This document shows, piece by piece, positions 1 to 10,824 of a stretch of DNA of 52,094 nucleotides; positions within the stretch are counted from its first letter, which is position 1; each line of letters opens with the position of its first letter. The DNA comes from Octopus sinensis (lineage: Eukaryota), in assembly GCF_006345805.1 (NCBI RefSeq), contig NW_021833973.1, positions 1 to 52,094 on the forward strand, read 5' to 3'. A program made the translations under genes and the position numbers. The notes beneath the pieces are model-generated. The model ran no database searches. It worked only from the letters and a program-made list of their open reading frames with translations, and was not told the origin of the DNA.

Positions 1-241
1 TATATGTATATATGGGTGTGTGTATGTTTTTGTGTGTCTGTGTTTGTCCCCCTAGCATTGCTTGACAACCGATGCTGGTGTGTTTACGTCCCAGTCACTT
101 AGCGGTTCGGCAAAAGAGACCAATAGAATAAGTACTAGGCTAACAAAGAATAAGTCTCGGGGTCGAGTTGCTCGACTAAAGGCGGTGCTCCAGCATGGCC
201 GCAGTCAAATGACTGAAACAAGTAAAGGAGTAAAAGAGAGA
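1..241 (+). mobile_element. SINE family A, linker and 3' tail (head lies before the window)
   Basis: TGTGTTTGTCCCCCTAGCATTGCTTGACAACCGATGCTGG...GGCGGTGCTCCAGCATGGCCGCAGTCAAATGACTGAAACAAGTAAAGGAGTAAAAGAG, matching the tail of the full copies at 1929 and 5139. Confidence 0.9.
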
Positions 242-302
242 GAACTATATACATATATGCACATGCATATCTATATAGCTGCATACATAGATACACCTAC
301 AT

Positions 303-666
303 CAGTGGTTCTCAATGGGAGGCAGGAGGGATTCATATGGTTGGTCCTTGAGGGCCCATATAAAATTTTGTGGGGTCCACGCAATGAAATATTAAATCTG
401 GGATCCACAAAAGTATTTTAAGGGCCCCTGAATAAATTTTGCTTTAGATGTATGTATTGGTTATGCATTGCAAGAAACAGCTGGGTTTCTTTCTCTAACA
501 TTTTACGTGGTTCAACCTACGCAAGTTAATGTGTGGAAAACAAAATAGGAATTTGGAAAGAAGTTTCTAGAAAACTAGTTTTTAAACATCGAATGGCTAT
601 GGGAATACACCAGAATAATAAAGTAATCAAAGGGGTCCGTAGATAAAAAAGGGTTAAGAACCACAT
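303..666. mobile_element. hAT/Charlie-like MITE
   Basis: Left end CAGTGGTTCTCAA and right end TTAAGAACCAC form degenerate TIRs of the Charlie type. TSD is not clean (ACCTACAT vs CTTTACAT). The right half is repeated at about 675-720 plus 1003-1105. Confidence 0.6.
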
Positions 667-787
667 CTTACATGGATCAACCTACAGAAATTAATGTGTG
701 ATACCCAAAATAGGAATTTTCAAAGATAGAAATATCAATATTTGTAAATCTCTCTAAAGGAGACTATGGCAGCAGTACTGGATATTG

Positions 788-995
788 ATAGCTATCACCA
801 AACTAACATGGCAGTCCAGAAATATAGGACAAATGCTGCTGTTGATTAGATCCAAGAGGCCATCACCTCTGGCTAGCTATATGACACACAAACCTGTATC
901 ACATAGCTAGCGAGAGGCGATGGCCTCTTGGAGCTAATCAACAGCAGCATTCATCCTATATTTCTGGACTGCCATGTTAGCTTGGTGATAACTAT
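788..995. repeat. Fold-back inverted repeat, 93-bp arms, 22-nt loop
   Basis: 788-880 is the reverse complement of 903-995 with only a few substitutions. Confidence 0.95.
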
Positions 996-1230
996 TGATA
1001 ATTTTGAAAGAAGTTTCTATAAAACTAGTTTTTAAACATCGAATGGCTATGAGGGTCCACTAGAATAAAATAGTAATCAAAGGGGTCCAGAGAGAAAAAG
1101 GAACCCTTTGCTTCCCAACCAAGTGATTTTGCATTGAGTGTCACTATATGACACTTCAAATAAAGGTCTTCTAATATAACCCAGGGCTGACCAAACCCTT
1201 GTGAGTGAATTTCAAAGATAGAAACTATAT

Positions 1231-1545
1231 ATGGCTCAGTGGCTTGGACATTCAGCTCACAATTGTAAGGTCGTGAGTTCAGTCCTCGGCAGCAGATTGT
1301 GTCCTTGAGCAAGACACTTTATTTCACATTGTTCCGGTTCACTCAGCTGGCAAAAATGAGTTGTACATGTTATTCAAAGGGGCCAGTCTTGGCACATTCT
1401 GTGTTACACTGAACCTGTCTCTGGACTATGTTAAGGCTACATGTGTCTGTGGAGTGCTCAGCCACTTACACGTTAATTTCACGAGCAGGCTGTTCCATTG
1501 ATCAGATCAACTGGACCCCCCCACTGTCATAACCAATGGAGTGCC
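1231..1545 (+). mobile_element. SINE family D (tRNA head plus CORE-like domain)
   Basis: A box TGGCTCAGTGG, B box GAGTTCAGTCC, then TGTGTCCTTGAGCAAGACACTTTA; related copies at 28362 and 45581. Confidence 0.75.
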
Positions 1546-1928
1546 TATTATTTACGTGTGTGTGTGTGTATTCTTGTGTGAATTGTCTTGTCTTGATATC
1601 ATATGATAGTTGTATACGAGTGTCACTGTTATACAAGCAGTGTAGTTCATGTCCAATCTTCCATGTAAAATATGTCCAGCCTTGGGGGAAAAATTACATT
1701 GCTTGGCAACAGGTAGGGGCTGTTGAAAGTAAGGGCCTCTGTCCATACAAAATCTGCCTCAGGGAATTCTCTCTGATCCACACCAGCTTGGAGAAGTGGA
1801 CATAAAAACAACAACAATGTTGATGATGATGATGATGATGGTAGTGGTGGTGGTGGCCATCAACTCAGTTTCGGGCATAACCCGCTTTCTCTTCTGTGAA
1901 CGTTACAGACATATATGGCTGTAACATA

Positions 1929-2097
1929 GGCGCAGGAGTGGCTGTGTGGTAAGTAGCTTGCTAACCAACACATGGTTCCGGGTTCAGTCCCACTGCGTGG
2001 CATCTTGGGCAAATGCCTTCTGCTATAGCCCCCGGGGCCGACAATGCCTTGTGAGTGGATTTGGTACAACGGAAAACTTAAAGAAGCCTGTCGTATA

Positions 2098-2164
<67 letters not shown>

Positions 2165-2360
2165 ATGTGTGTGTCCCCCTAGCATTGCTTGACAACCGAT
2201 GCTGGTGTGTTTACGTCCCCGTAACTTAGCGGTTCGGCAAAAGAGACCGATAGAATAAGTACTGGGCTTACAAAGAATAAGTCCCGGGGTCGATTTGCTC
2301 GACTAAAGGCGGTGCTCCAGCATGGCCGCAGTCAAATGACTGAAACAAGTAAAAGAGATA
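1929..2360 (+). mobile_element. SINE family A, full length (tRNA-like head, (TA)n/(TG)n linker, CR1-like tail)
   Basis: A box TGGCTGTGTGG, B box GGTTCAGTCC, CORE-like CTTGGGCAAATGCCTTC, internal microsatellite, tail ending CAGTCAAATGACTGAAACAAGTAAAAGAG. Confidence 0.92.
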
Positions 2361-2816
2361 ACTTGTTTGATAGCATTTCCACCATGGGACGCACCCCCCC
2401 CCCCTTCGCAGTGCACTCACAGACCGATGACTGCCTAGACCTAATTTTGAAATAAAACTTTTGGTGACAAATGTAGCGTGTAATTATGTCAAAGATTCAC
2501 ACCAACAGTGGCTCCGCCCCTCTTTGTGCACACACACACACACATACACACACTCTCTCTCTCACACTCATATAAACATGTGTGTGTCAAAAAATGACAT
2601 CTTAGGTTGTTTCACCCTTGGTTGATTATGAATATATTTATTATATATTTATTACTAATAACAAATCTCTGAACGAGGTATAAACAGTAGCTGCACGACA
2701 ATGTGAAGTATATTTGCCACTTAAATGTGGCTAACCACTAAGGGTGGATGCTACTGTAGCTTGTAGCCCCAGGAGAACATCTTCTCCAGCTGGCTATTGA
2801 CACACTTTCTATTTAC

Positions 2817-2851
<35 letters not shown>

Positions 2852-2861
2852 CACCTGTCTT

Positions 2862-3012
2862 CACATTCTGAGTTCAAATGCTGCGGGGGTCGACTTTGCT
2901 TTTCATCCTTTCAGGGTCAAAAAAACTAAGTACCAGTTATACACTGGAGTCAATGTAATTGACTCATCCTCTTCCCCCAAAATATCGGGCCTTGTGCCTA
3001 TAGTAGAAAGGA
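2862..3012 (+). mobile_element. SINE family B fragment ((ATT)n-tailed variant)
   Basis: TTCTGAGTTCAAAT...GGTCGACTTTGCTTTTCATCCTTTCAGGGTC...AAGTACCAG...CCTTGTGCCTATAGTAGAAAGG(ATT)n. Confidence 0.85.
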
Positions 3013-3338
3013 TTATTATTATTATTATTATTATTATTCTATGTTTGACTTTTGCTTTATGTCTGTACAAGTTGGCTCCAAGTCTCACCTGGAGACCTCA
3101 AGAGATACCAGGTTGGAAGTTCACGTTGTTGTTATGCCTAGTGTGCCATATATTTGGTTGTTTTATGTGTTGTACTAGTGGATGTCTAAAAAAAAAAAAT
3201 GTTTCTTTTAAAATTTGAGATTACATAGAAAGTATTTTGCGTAGGATATGAGCAGTTCCCATGAGCACTATCTTTTGAATTTCTGCCATTTTTGGGTTTC
3301 CTGGTATCTGAGTTAGGTAGCGATCAGCCCCTTTTGCT
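3012..3338 (-). mobile_element. R4/Dong-like non-LTR retrotransposon, 5'-truncated 3' end
   Basis: Minus strand 3335-3221 reads KGADRYLTQIPGNPKMAEIQKIVLMGTAHILRKILSM*, which resembles the C-terminus of R4/Dong proteins. It is followed by a 3' UTR and an (AAT)n tail, with (AAT)n also on the 5' side. Confidence 0.7.
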
Positions 3339-3349
3339 TATTATTATTT

Positions 3350-3471
3350 AGCTTGAGGGATATTGGTACCAGATTTCTGTAGATGTTACCAAGTGTTGGG
3401 TGTGATCCCCAACTGATGTTCTGTATCTTTCTGAGCAGGTTGGTATATGGTCTATCGAGTTGTTTTTCTAA
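3350..3471 (-). mobile_element. RTE-like LINE ORF fragment
   Basis: Minus strand reads LEKQLDRPYTNLLRKIQNISWGSHPTLGNIYRNLVPISLK, resembling the post-RT region of RTE-clade proteins (LD..YT..LR...NISW..H......LY..L). Confidence 0.55.
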
Positions 3472-3863
3472 GGGAGCTGATAAGGTCGGCAGCCTGAGAA
3501 ACTATGACAAAACAGAATCTGGAGTTCGATACAGTCCTCTGGCTCTCTCTTACACACACACACATGCACACACACACCACACACACACACACATGCACGC
3601 ACACACACACACGCACACACACATACACACACATATATAAGGTAGTGCTCCAGCATGGCCCTATCTTGATTGTTTGAAACAAACTAAGGTACTTCATACA
3701 TGATGAACCAACAAAAACAACAACAACAACCACAACAGCAGTGGGTTTTGACCTGGAGGTAGTATAACACAGAAAGAGAGAGGCGGGAGGAAGAGGGGAG
3801 AAAGAGGGGAGAGAGAGAGAAAGTAGTGCATGGTCGTTAAAAAGACTTATCGAATGAAAAATT

Positions 3864-4030
3864 GTTGCTATGGAAACCAATGATTGGCTGCTCCAATTCC
3901 CTGGGGAAATTATAGTGGATTTGAAACCTGAACGTCTGTCATCGCATGCTGCACACAGGTAGTGGTCGGACAATAGACTCTTACATACTTGGACAGGTGA
4001 TTAATGGCCCTACACCCTCAGACAATTAAG
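3864..4030. promoter_or_regulatory. Candidate cis-regulatory cluster (RFX X-box, CCAAT boxes, Pbx-Hox site)
   Basis: GTTGCTATGGAAAC 3864-3877, CCAATGATTGG 3877-3887, CCAAT 3893-3897 and CAGGTGATTAATGG 3994-4007 in a unique island; motif match only. Confidence 0.35.
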
Positions 4031-4032
4031 TT

Positions 4033-4035
<3 letters not shown>

Positions 4036-4069
<34 letters not shown>

Positions 4070-4300
4070 AAGAGAGAGAGAGAGAGAGGGAGGGAGAGAG
4101 AGAAGGAATGTGTGTGTGTGTATTGGAAAGACAAGGAAAGAAATAGAGAGAGAGAGAGAGAGAGGGGAAGAGGAGTTGAGAAGGACAGTAGGAGTGAGAG
4201 AAAGTGTATATTTGTGTGTGTGTGTGTGTGTGTGTATGTGATTGTGTGTACTTGGCTGCAATCAAATGAGTGAATCAAATAAAAGCTATACACACACACA
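4036..4300. repeat. (GA)n/(GT)n compound microsatellite
   Basis: Direct reading. Confidence 0.9.
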
Positions 4301-4525
4301 AACACACTGTATTTGTGATTTAAGGCTACCAGTGGTGTCATGTTAAAAATATCTTAATTTCTCCATGTGATCTGCTTGAAATATTAAAGATATTTTTTAA
4401 GCATGAAACTATAGGTAACCTTAAAACACAAATAAAGAATCTTTATCCACCTATGAGGTGTTGAGAATTCATTCTCATTGTTCAGCATTTATTATATATA
4501 CACACTCACACACATATATATACAC

Positions 4526-4860
4526 ACGCCTTGACTGGCTTCCGTGCGGGTGGCACATAAAAAGCACCATCCGAATCGAGGCCGATGCCAGCGCCGCCTT
4601 GACTGGCTTCTGCGCCGGTGACATGTTAAGAGCACCAATCCAATTGTGGCTGTTGCCAGCCTCTTCTGGCACCTGTGCCAGTGGCATGTAAAAAGCACCC
4701 ACTACACTCACGGAGTGGTTGGCGTTAGGAAGGGCATCCAGCTGTGGAAACACTGCCAGATCAGACTGGGCCTGGTGCAGCCTCCTGGCTTCCCAGACCC
4801 CAGTCGAACCGTCCAACCCATGCTAGCATGGAAAGCGGACATTAAACGATGATGATGATG
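4526..4860 (+). mobile_element. SINE-like family C ((GAT)n tail, probably RTE-associated)
   Basis: Internal repeats of GTGGCAC(A/G)TAAAAAGCACC, GGCGTTAGGAAGGGCATCCAGCTGT, end CATGCTAGCATGGAAAGCGGACATTAAAC(GAT)n. A second truncated copy follows at 4897-5024. Confidence 0.8.
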
Positions 4861-5138
4861 AGGAGGTAGTGAGGTAAAATGCACCCAATACATTCACGGA
4901 ACAGCTGTAGAAACTCTGCCAGATCAGACTGGAGCCTAGTGCAGCCTCCTGGCTTCCCAGACCCCAGTCGAACCGTCCAACCCACGCTAGCACGGAGAAC
5001 GGATGTTAAACTATAATGATGATGACACAGTATTTTTTGTCCCACACACCAACTTAATAATGACAAAATTATGTTACTAAATTTTTTCATTATTTTTAAA
5101 AGCAATTGAAACAAAAGCAGTAATATCCTCGTCATATA

Positions 5139-5548
5139 GGCGCAGGAGTGGCTGTGTGGTAAGTAGCTTGCTAACCAACCACATGGTTCCAGGTTCAGTC
5201 CTACTGCGTGGCATCTTGGGCAAGTGTCTTCTGCTATAGCCCTGGGCCGACCAATGCCTTGTGAGTGGTTTTGGTAGATGGAAACTGAAAGAAGCCTGTC
5301 GTATATATGTATGTATATATATGTATGCGTGTGTGTGTTTGTGTGTCCGTGTTTGTCCCCCTAGCATTGCTTGACAACCGATGCTGGTGTGTTTACGTCC
5401 CCGTCACTTAGCGGTTTGGCAAAAGAGACCGATAGAATAAGTACTGGGCTTACAAAGAATAAGTCCTGGGGCTGATTTGCTCGACTAAAGGTGGTGCTCC
5501 AGCATGGCTGCTGTCAAATGACTGAAACAAGTAAAAGAGTAAAGAGTA
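5139..5548 (+). mobile_element. SINE family A, full length
   Basis: Head, TA/TG linker and tail ending (AAGAGTA)n as at 1929. Confidence 0.92.
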
Positions 5549-5704
5549 TATGACTTAATTTCCAGATCTTTCCATCACGTCTGTTCCAACCCTTTTGATA
5601 TCAACCTACCTCGGCCTTTCCCTTGGTTCTACAACACAAACTTCTTGTTTTAAAAGTGGATCTAAATTAAAATATTCCATCATATTTTCTGAAAACCAGT
5701 TTAA

Positions 5705-5980
5705 CCCCTTACCCGGCACAAACAAATATATGCGTTTTGACCGAAATCGTTTTTTTCCATCTCTGGCGAGTTAACTCGTCAAAAGATAGACTCGCCAAAA
5801 TCGACAGCAAACAAGTTCCTTCGTCTAATAACGGGTTAACTCGTTTCTGCCCAAAAATTCATAATAAATAAGGTTTGAAATATACCTCGAAATCACCATT
5901 CAAAACATAGTAAAATAAAACAATTAAAAAATATGTCTGAAAAAATACATTTATTTTCAAAATAATTGTTGGGTAAGGGG
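5705..5980. mobile_element. piggyBac-like MITE (family G) nested in a family F MITE
   Basis: TTAA at 5701-5704 and 5981-5984; perfect 10-bp TIR CCCCTTACCC/GGGTAAGGGG; the joined flanks restore the family F motif GAAAACCAG.TTAATAACGACAAA. Confidence 0.88.
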
Positions 5981-6084
5981 TTAATAACGACAAAATTATT
6001 TCATTAAATTCCCAATTATTTTGAAAATCAGTTGAAATGAAGGCAGGATATTTCAGCAGGAACATCCTAATCATATGACTTAGT

Positions 6085-6497
6085 TTACTCTTTACTCTTT
6101 TACTTGTTTCAGTCATTTGACTGCAGCCATGCTGGAGCACCGCCTTTTTCAGTCGAGCAAATCGACCCCGGGACTTATTCTTTGTAAGCCCAGTACTTAT
6201 TCCATCGGCCTCTTTTGCCGAACCGCTAAGTGACGGGGATGTAAACACACCAGCATCGGTTGTCAAGCAATGCTAGGGGGACAAACACAGACACACAAAC
6301 ATACACACACACACATATAATAATATATATATATACGACGGGGTTCTTTCAGTTTCCGTCTACCAATCCACCACTCACAAGCATTGGTCAGCCCGGGGCT
6401 ATGCAGAAGACACTTGCCCAAGATGCCACGCAGTGGGACTGAACCCGGAACCATGTGGTTGGTAAGTCAAGCTACTTACCACACAGCCACTCCTGCG

Positions 6498-6499
<2 letters not shown>
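6085..6499 (-). mobile_element. SINE family A, full length
   Basis: Reverse complement of the 1929 copy, with (TACTCTT)n at the tail. Confidence 0.92.
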
Positions 6500-6538
<39 letters not shown>

Positions 6539-6541
6539 TAT

Positions 6542-6697
6542 ACGACGGGCTTCTTTCAGTTTCCATCTACCAAATCCACTCACAAGGCATTGGTCGGCCC
6601 AAGGCTATAGCAGAAGACACTTGCCCAAGATGCCACGCAGTGGGACTGAACCCGGAACCATGTGGTTGGTAAGCAAGCTACTTACCACACAGCCACT
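6542..6697 (-). mobile_element. SINE family A, head only
   Basis: Second head separated from the 6085-6499 copy by (TA)n. Confidence 0.88.
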
Positions 6698-6766
6698 TTC
6701 TAGATTTTCCCATCATGTCTGTGCTAAAGCTTTTGATTCCAAGCCAAATTTAATTTCACGTTTTAA

Positions 6767-6976
6767 CTGCTTAGCATTCAGATTACTCCACCAAGTATAA
6801 TGTTTATTTATTCTCATTGTTTTGAATTAATCATGCATTATATTTCATAGCTTTGAGATTTCAACAATATGATTATATATTTTTTGAGGTGTAGGGTAGG
6901 TTTGGGACAGGGCCAGTTTGAACATGAAACGGGTAGAATACTTGGGCCGGAAACAGCTGGTTTGAATGCTAAAGCT
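6767..6976. mobile_element. Older piggyBac-like MITE (third TTAA family)
   Basis: TTAA at 6763-6766 and 6977-6980; degenerate TIR TTAGCATTCA / TGAATGCTAA. Confidence 0.6.
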
Positions 6977-7203
6977 TTAAAGTGATTGAAATTAAAACCT
7001 TTCATCAAAATTTCATGTCAATAATGACAAAATTTATTTTACTTAATTCTTCATTATTTTCAAAATAAAGTGAAACAAAAGCAGTCTATTTCAACGGAAA
7101 TATGCTTGCAAAAGAGTTAAAGTAATTAAAACTTTCTATCAAAATTTCATGTTAGTTTATGCACTGAAAACCAGCTTCATAACGACAAAGGTATTTTACT
7201 AAA

Positions 7204-7970
7204 TCTATATATATAAAGCTGAAGTTGTCTGTATGTGCGGCAGGTTTGGTAGTCTTCAACTAACACTATCTCCTCCGAGACCCTGCAGCACAAATTGACC
7301 AAAATTGAGAGTATGATAGAAGAAGGCTTGCTCTTCATTCTGTAGAAAAAATTCAAATTGGACCATGTTAACACCAAAAATTATTTACATCAAAAAGGTG
7401 CTTTTTTTCTATGAAAATCCCTATTTTTTATGATTTATAAAGCTGAAGTTGTCTGTGTGTAGCAGGTTTGGTAGCCTTCAACTAACACTATCTCCTCCGA
7501 GACCCTGCAGCGCAAGTTGACCAAAATTGAAAGTATGATAGAAGAAGGCTTGATCTTCCATCCGTAAAATTCAAATCGGACCATGTTAAGACCAAAAATT
7601 ATTAACATCGAAAAGGCACTTTTTTTCTATGAAAATCCCTAATTTTTACGATTTTTTACGACTGCTGTGTCGCCATTTTTCGGTGTATTTCAAACCAGAA
7701 AAATGTTCACTTAAAGAGAATAACAAGCTACATAAAGCAAAAATTCCAATTCTAAAGGGTCGAAAAGAATTGTTTTGTGATGTCATTGGTTTTGAGCAAA
7801 CAACGGATCAGCTGATCTAATGCACATTCAGAGCCAACTCAAGCATTGCCACACTATACTTTTATTCAAAGATTGAAACTATGTCAAAACTTTATTAACG
7901 CGACATCAAAGTCTGCCATTTTAAGCGCAACTAAAAAACAAACCCGAGCAACGCCGGGCTACACTGCTAG
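7204..7970 (+). mobile_element. Non-autonomous Helitron with internal 224-bp tandem duplication
   Basis: Starts A|TCTATATATATAAAG, 3' hairpin CCCGAGCAACGCCGGG 7943-7958, ends CTAG|T; no TSD; the empty site CTAAA|TTCTTT is visible in the sister MITE at 8224-8234. Confidence 0.9.
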
Positions 7971-8075
7971 TTCTTTATAATTTTCAAAATTCAAACAAAG
8001 GCTTGTGTGTTTCACCAGAAATATTTTAGGCATATGATTTGACTTCTGGATCTTTCCATCATGACAGTATTCTAA

Positions 8076-8298
8076 CCCTTTTTGATACTAACCTACCTGA
8101 GACCATTCCTGGTTCTAAGATATAAATTTCCAGCTTTAAAGAGATTTAATTTAGAACTTTCCATCAAAATTTCATGGTAGTTTATGCTCTGAAAACTAGC
8201 TTCATAATCACAAAGATATTTGACTAAATTCTTTAGAATTTTCAAAATTAATTCAAACAAAGGCAGAGTATTTCAACACAAATATGGTAACAAAAGGG
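8076..8298. mobile_element. piggyBac-like MITE (family F), near-complete; further fragments at about 5030-5130, 5585-6060, 6985-7122, 7123-8030, 8303-8430 and 9180-9303
   Basis: (C)TAACCCTTTTTGATAC...GGTAACAAAAGGGTTAA; body is similar to the reverse complement of 41615-41835. Confidence 0.8.
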
Positions 8299-8433
8299 TT
8301 AAAGTGATATAAATAGACCTCCCTTCAAAATTTCATGCTAATAGCTTCAACTTAATAATGATAAAGTTCTTTTACAAGAATTTTTATTATTTTCAAAATT
8401 AATTCAAAAGCAGTGTATTTCAACATAAATGTA

Positions 8434-8820
8434 TTCTTTTATTTGTGTCAGTCATTTGACTGCGGCCATGCTGGAGCGCCACCTTTAGTCGAGCAAATCA
8501 ACCCCCAGGACTTATTCTTTGTAAGCCTGATACTTATTCCATCGGTCTTTTGGGAACGTAAACACATCAACATCAGTTGTCAAGCGATGGTCAGAGGATA
8601 AACATAGACACACAAAAACATACATACATATATATATACATATATATATATATGTGGAGGAGATAAACAGCTGACAACTGATGAAGGGTCGTTCTTTATG
8701 TTACTTGTCTTGTTTTCCATTTGTTTCTCTCGTTGTTCACAAAAAGAAGTTTGTCTTCATATTTCATGTTTTCGTATTTCATGTTGTTTACGTTTTGCGA
8801 CGTCCTGTACCCATATATGC

Positions 8821-8853
<33 letters not shown>

Positions 8854-8916
8854 CACATAGATATGTCGTATGTACATATATGTATGTATATATGCCTATA
8901 TATATATTATATACAT

Positions 8917-8994
<78 letters not shown>

Positions 8995-9153
8995 ACAGCT
9001 TCTTTCAGTTTCCATCTAACAAATCCACTCACAAGGCTTTGGTCGGCCCAAGGCTATAGTAGAAGACACTTGCCCAAGGTGCCACATAGTGGGACTGAAC
9101 CCAGAACTATGTGGTTGGAAGCAAGCTTGTTACCACACAGCCACTCCTGTGCC
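8434..9153 (-). mobile_element. SINE family A with expanded linker carrying a TA-flanked insert (about 8654-8812)
   Basis: Tail 8434-8620, head 8995-9153, long (TA)n between them. Confidence 0.85.
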
Positions 9154-9569
9154 TAAATATGGTAACAGAAGGATTAAAGTGATCTATGTTCATAGTACCA
9201 ACTTAATAATGACAAAATTACATGACTAAATTTTTAATTATTTTCCAAACTAATTAGGACAAAACCAGCGCATTTCAACAGAAGCGCGGTAACTGAAGGG
9301 TTAAGCAAACAAAACAAGGAACCAGATGTTTACACAAAAACCTCAAAGAGTACAAAGACCGCTAATATGTATTTAGCAATTTCAATCTGTAAGTGGAACA
9401 AGGCAAATATGCGAGTCTTTTAAGAAGTTTAGCATGCAAATGAGGCGAGTGGATAATGTTTAAATTCCAATAAAGCCTAAGCCATTAATAGAAACCATTT
9501 GAAGAATTTAAGAGAGTTCCTTGAAGAATTTAGAGAAAGACGAAGAAGTGTATTTGTGGTGAAGTGTTT

Positions 9570-9619
9570 ATACATTGAATATGATTGAATATATTATTGG
9601 TGCGTCTAATAAAAAGTCT

Positions 9620-9660
<41 letters not shown>

Positions 9661-9681
9661 CACACACACACATTCACACAG

Positions 9682-9712
<31 letters not shown>

Positions 9713-10513
9713 TAAATGTCTGTTCCAATACCTATGTAAGTGTACACACATTTATAAACACAATTAACTTTGTGCGTGGGTGTATACAGATATATATATA
9801 TGTGTGTGTGTGTGTGTGTATGTACGTGTGGATATGTTTGTATATGCATACATATGTATGTGATTACATATGCATACACATGTCTATATGTATGCATATC
9901 ATCATCATCATCATCGTAATAATAATGGTTGTGTGTTGTGTGTGTGTGTGTGTGTGTGTTTGCGTGTGTGTAACCATATGTCTATGTACCTATATCTGCA
10001 TATGTATATTTGTGTACATATGATGAATGTGTGTGTGTGTATGTATATGTGTTTGTGTATGTATACACATGTCTGTATACATACATACATATATATTTAT
10101 ATATATATATATATTTATGTGTCTATATAATGTATATACATATGTGTGTGTGTATGTATAGGTGTTGTGTATGTATACACATGTCTGTATACATACATAC
10201 ATATATATTATATATATATATATATATTTATATGTGTCTATATATATGTATATACATATGTGTGTGTGTATGTATATGTGTTTGTGTATGTATACACATG
10301 TCTGTATACATACATACATATATATTTATATATATATATATATTTATATGTGTCTATATATATGTATATACATATGTGTGTGTATATATATGTATTTGAT
10401 TGTGTATGTGTGTATTATGTATGTGTATATATAATAATATATATATATATATATTATATATATGTACACATCTGTATTTTTTATGTTGCAGTATGTGTGG
10501 GTATGCACATACT

Positions 10514-10546
<33 letters not shown>

Positions 10547-10824
10547 CAAATACATATATACATACATATACACACATATATATATACACATACATAGATA
10601 CATACATACACAATCAAATACATATATATACACACACACATATGTATATACATATATATAGACACATATAAATATATATATATATATATAAATATATATG
10701 TATGTATGTATACAGACATGTGTATACATACACAAACACATATACATACACACACACACATTCATCATATGTACACAAATATACATATGCAGATATAGGT
10801 ACATAGACATATGGTTACACACAC

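Noticed and set aside
1929-2010. tRNA-like A and B boxes here and at 1231, 28362, 45581 and other SINE heads
   Set aside because: No acceptor stem or full cloverleaf; they continue into SINE bodies, so they are not tRNA genes
8678-8688. CTGATGAAGGG hammerhead half-core
   Set aside because: No stem II closure or GAAA follows, so it cannot be folded as a hammerhead in this copy
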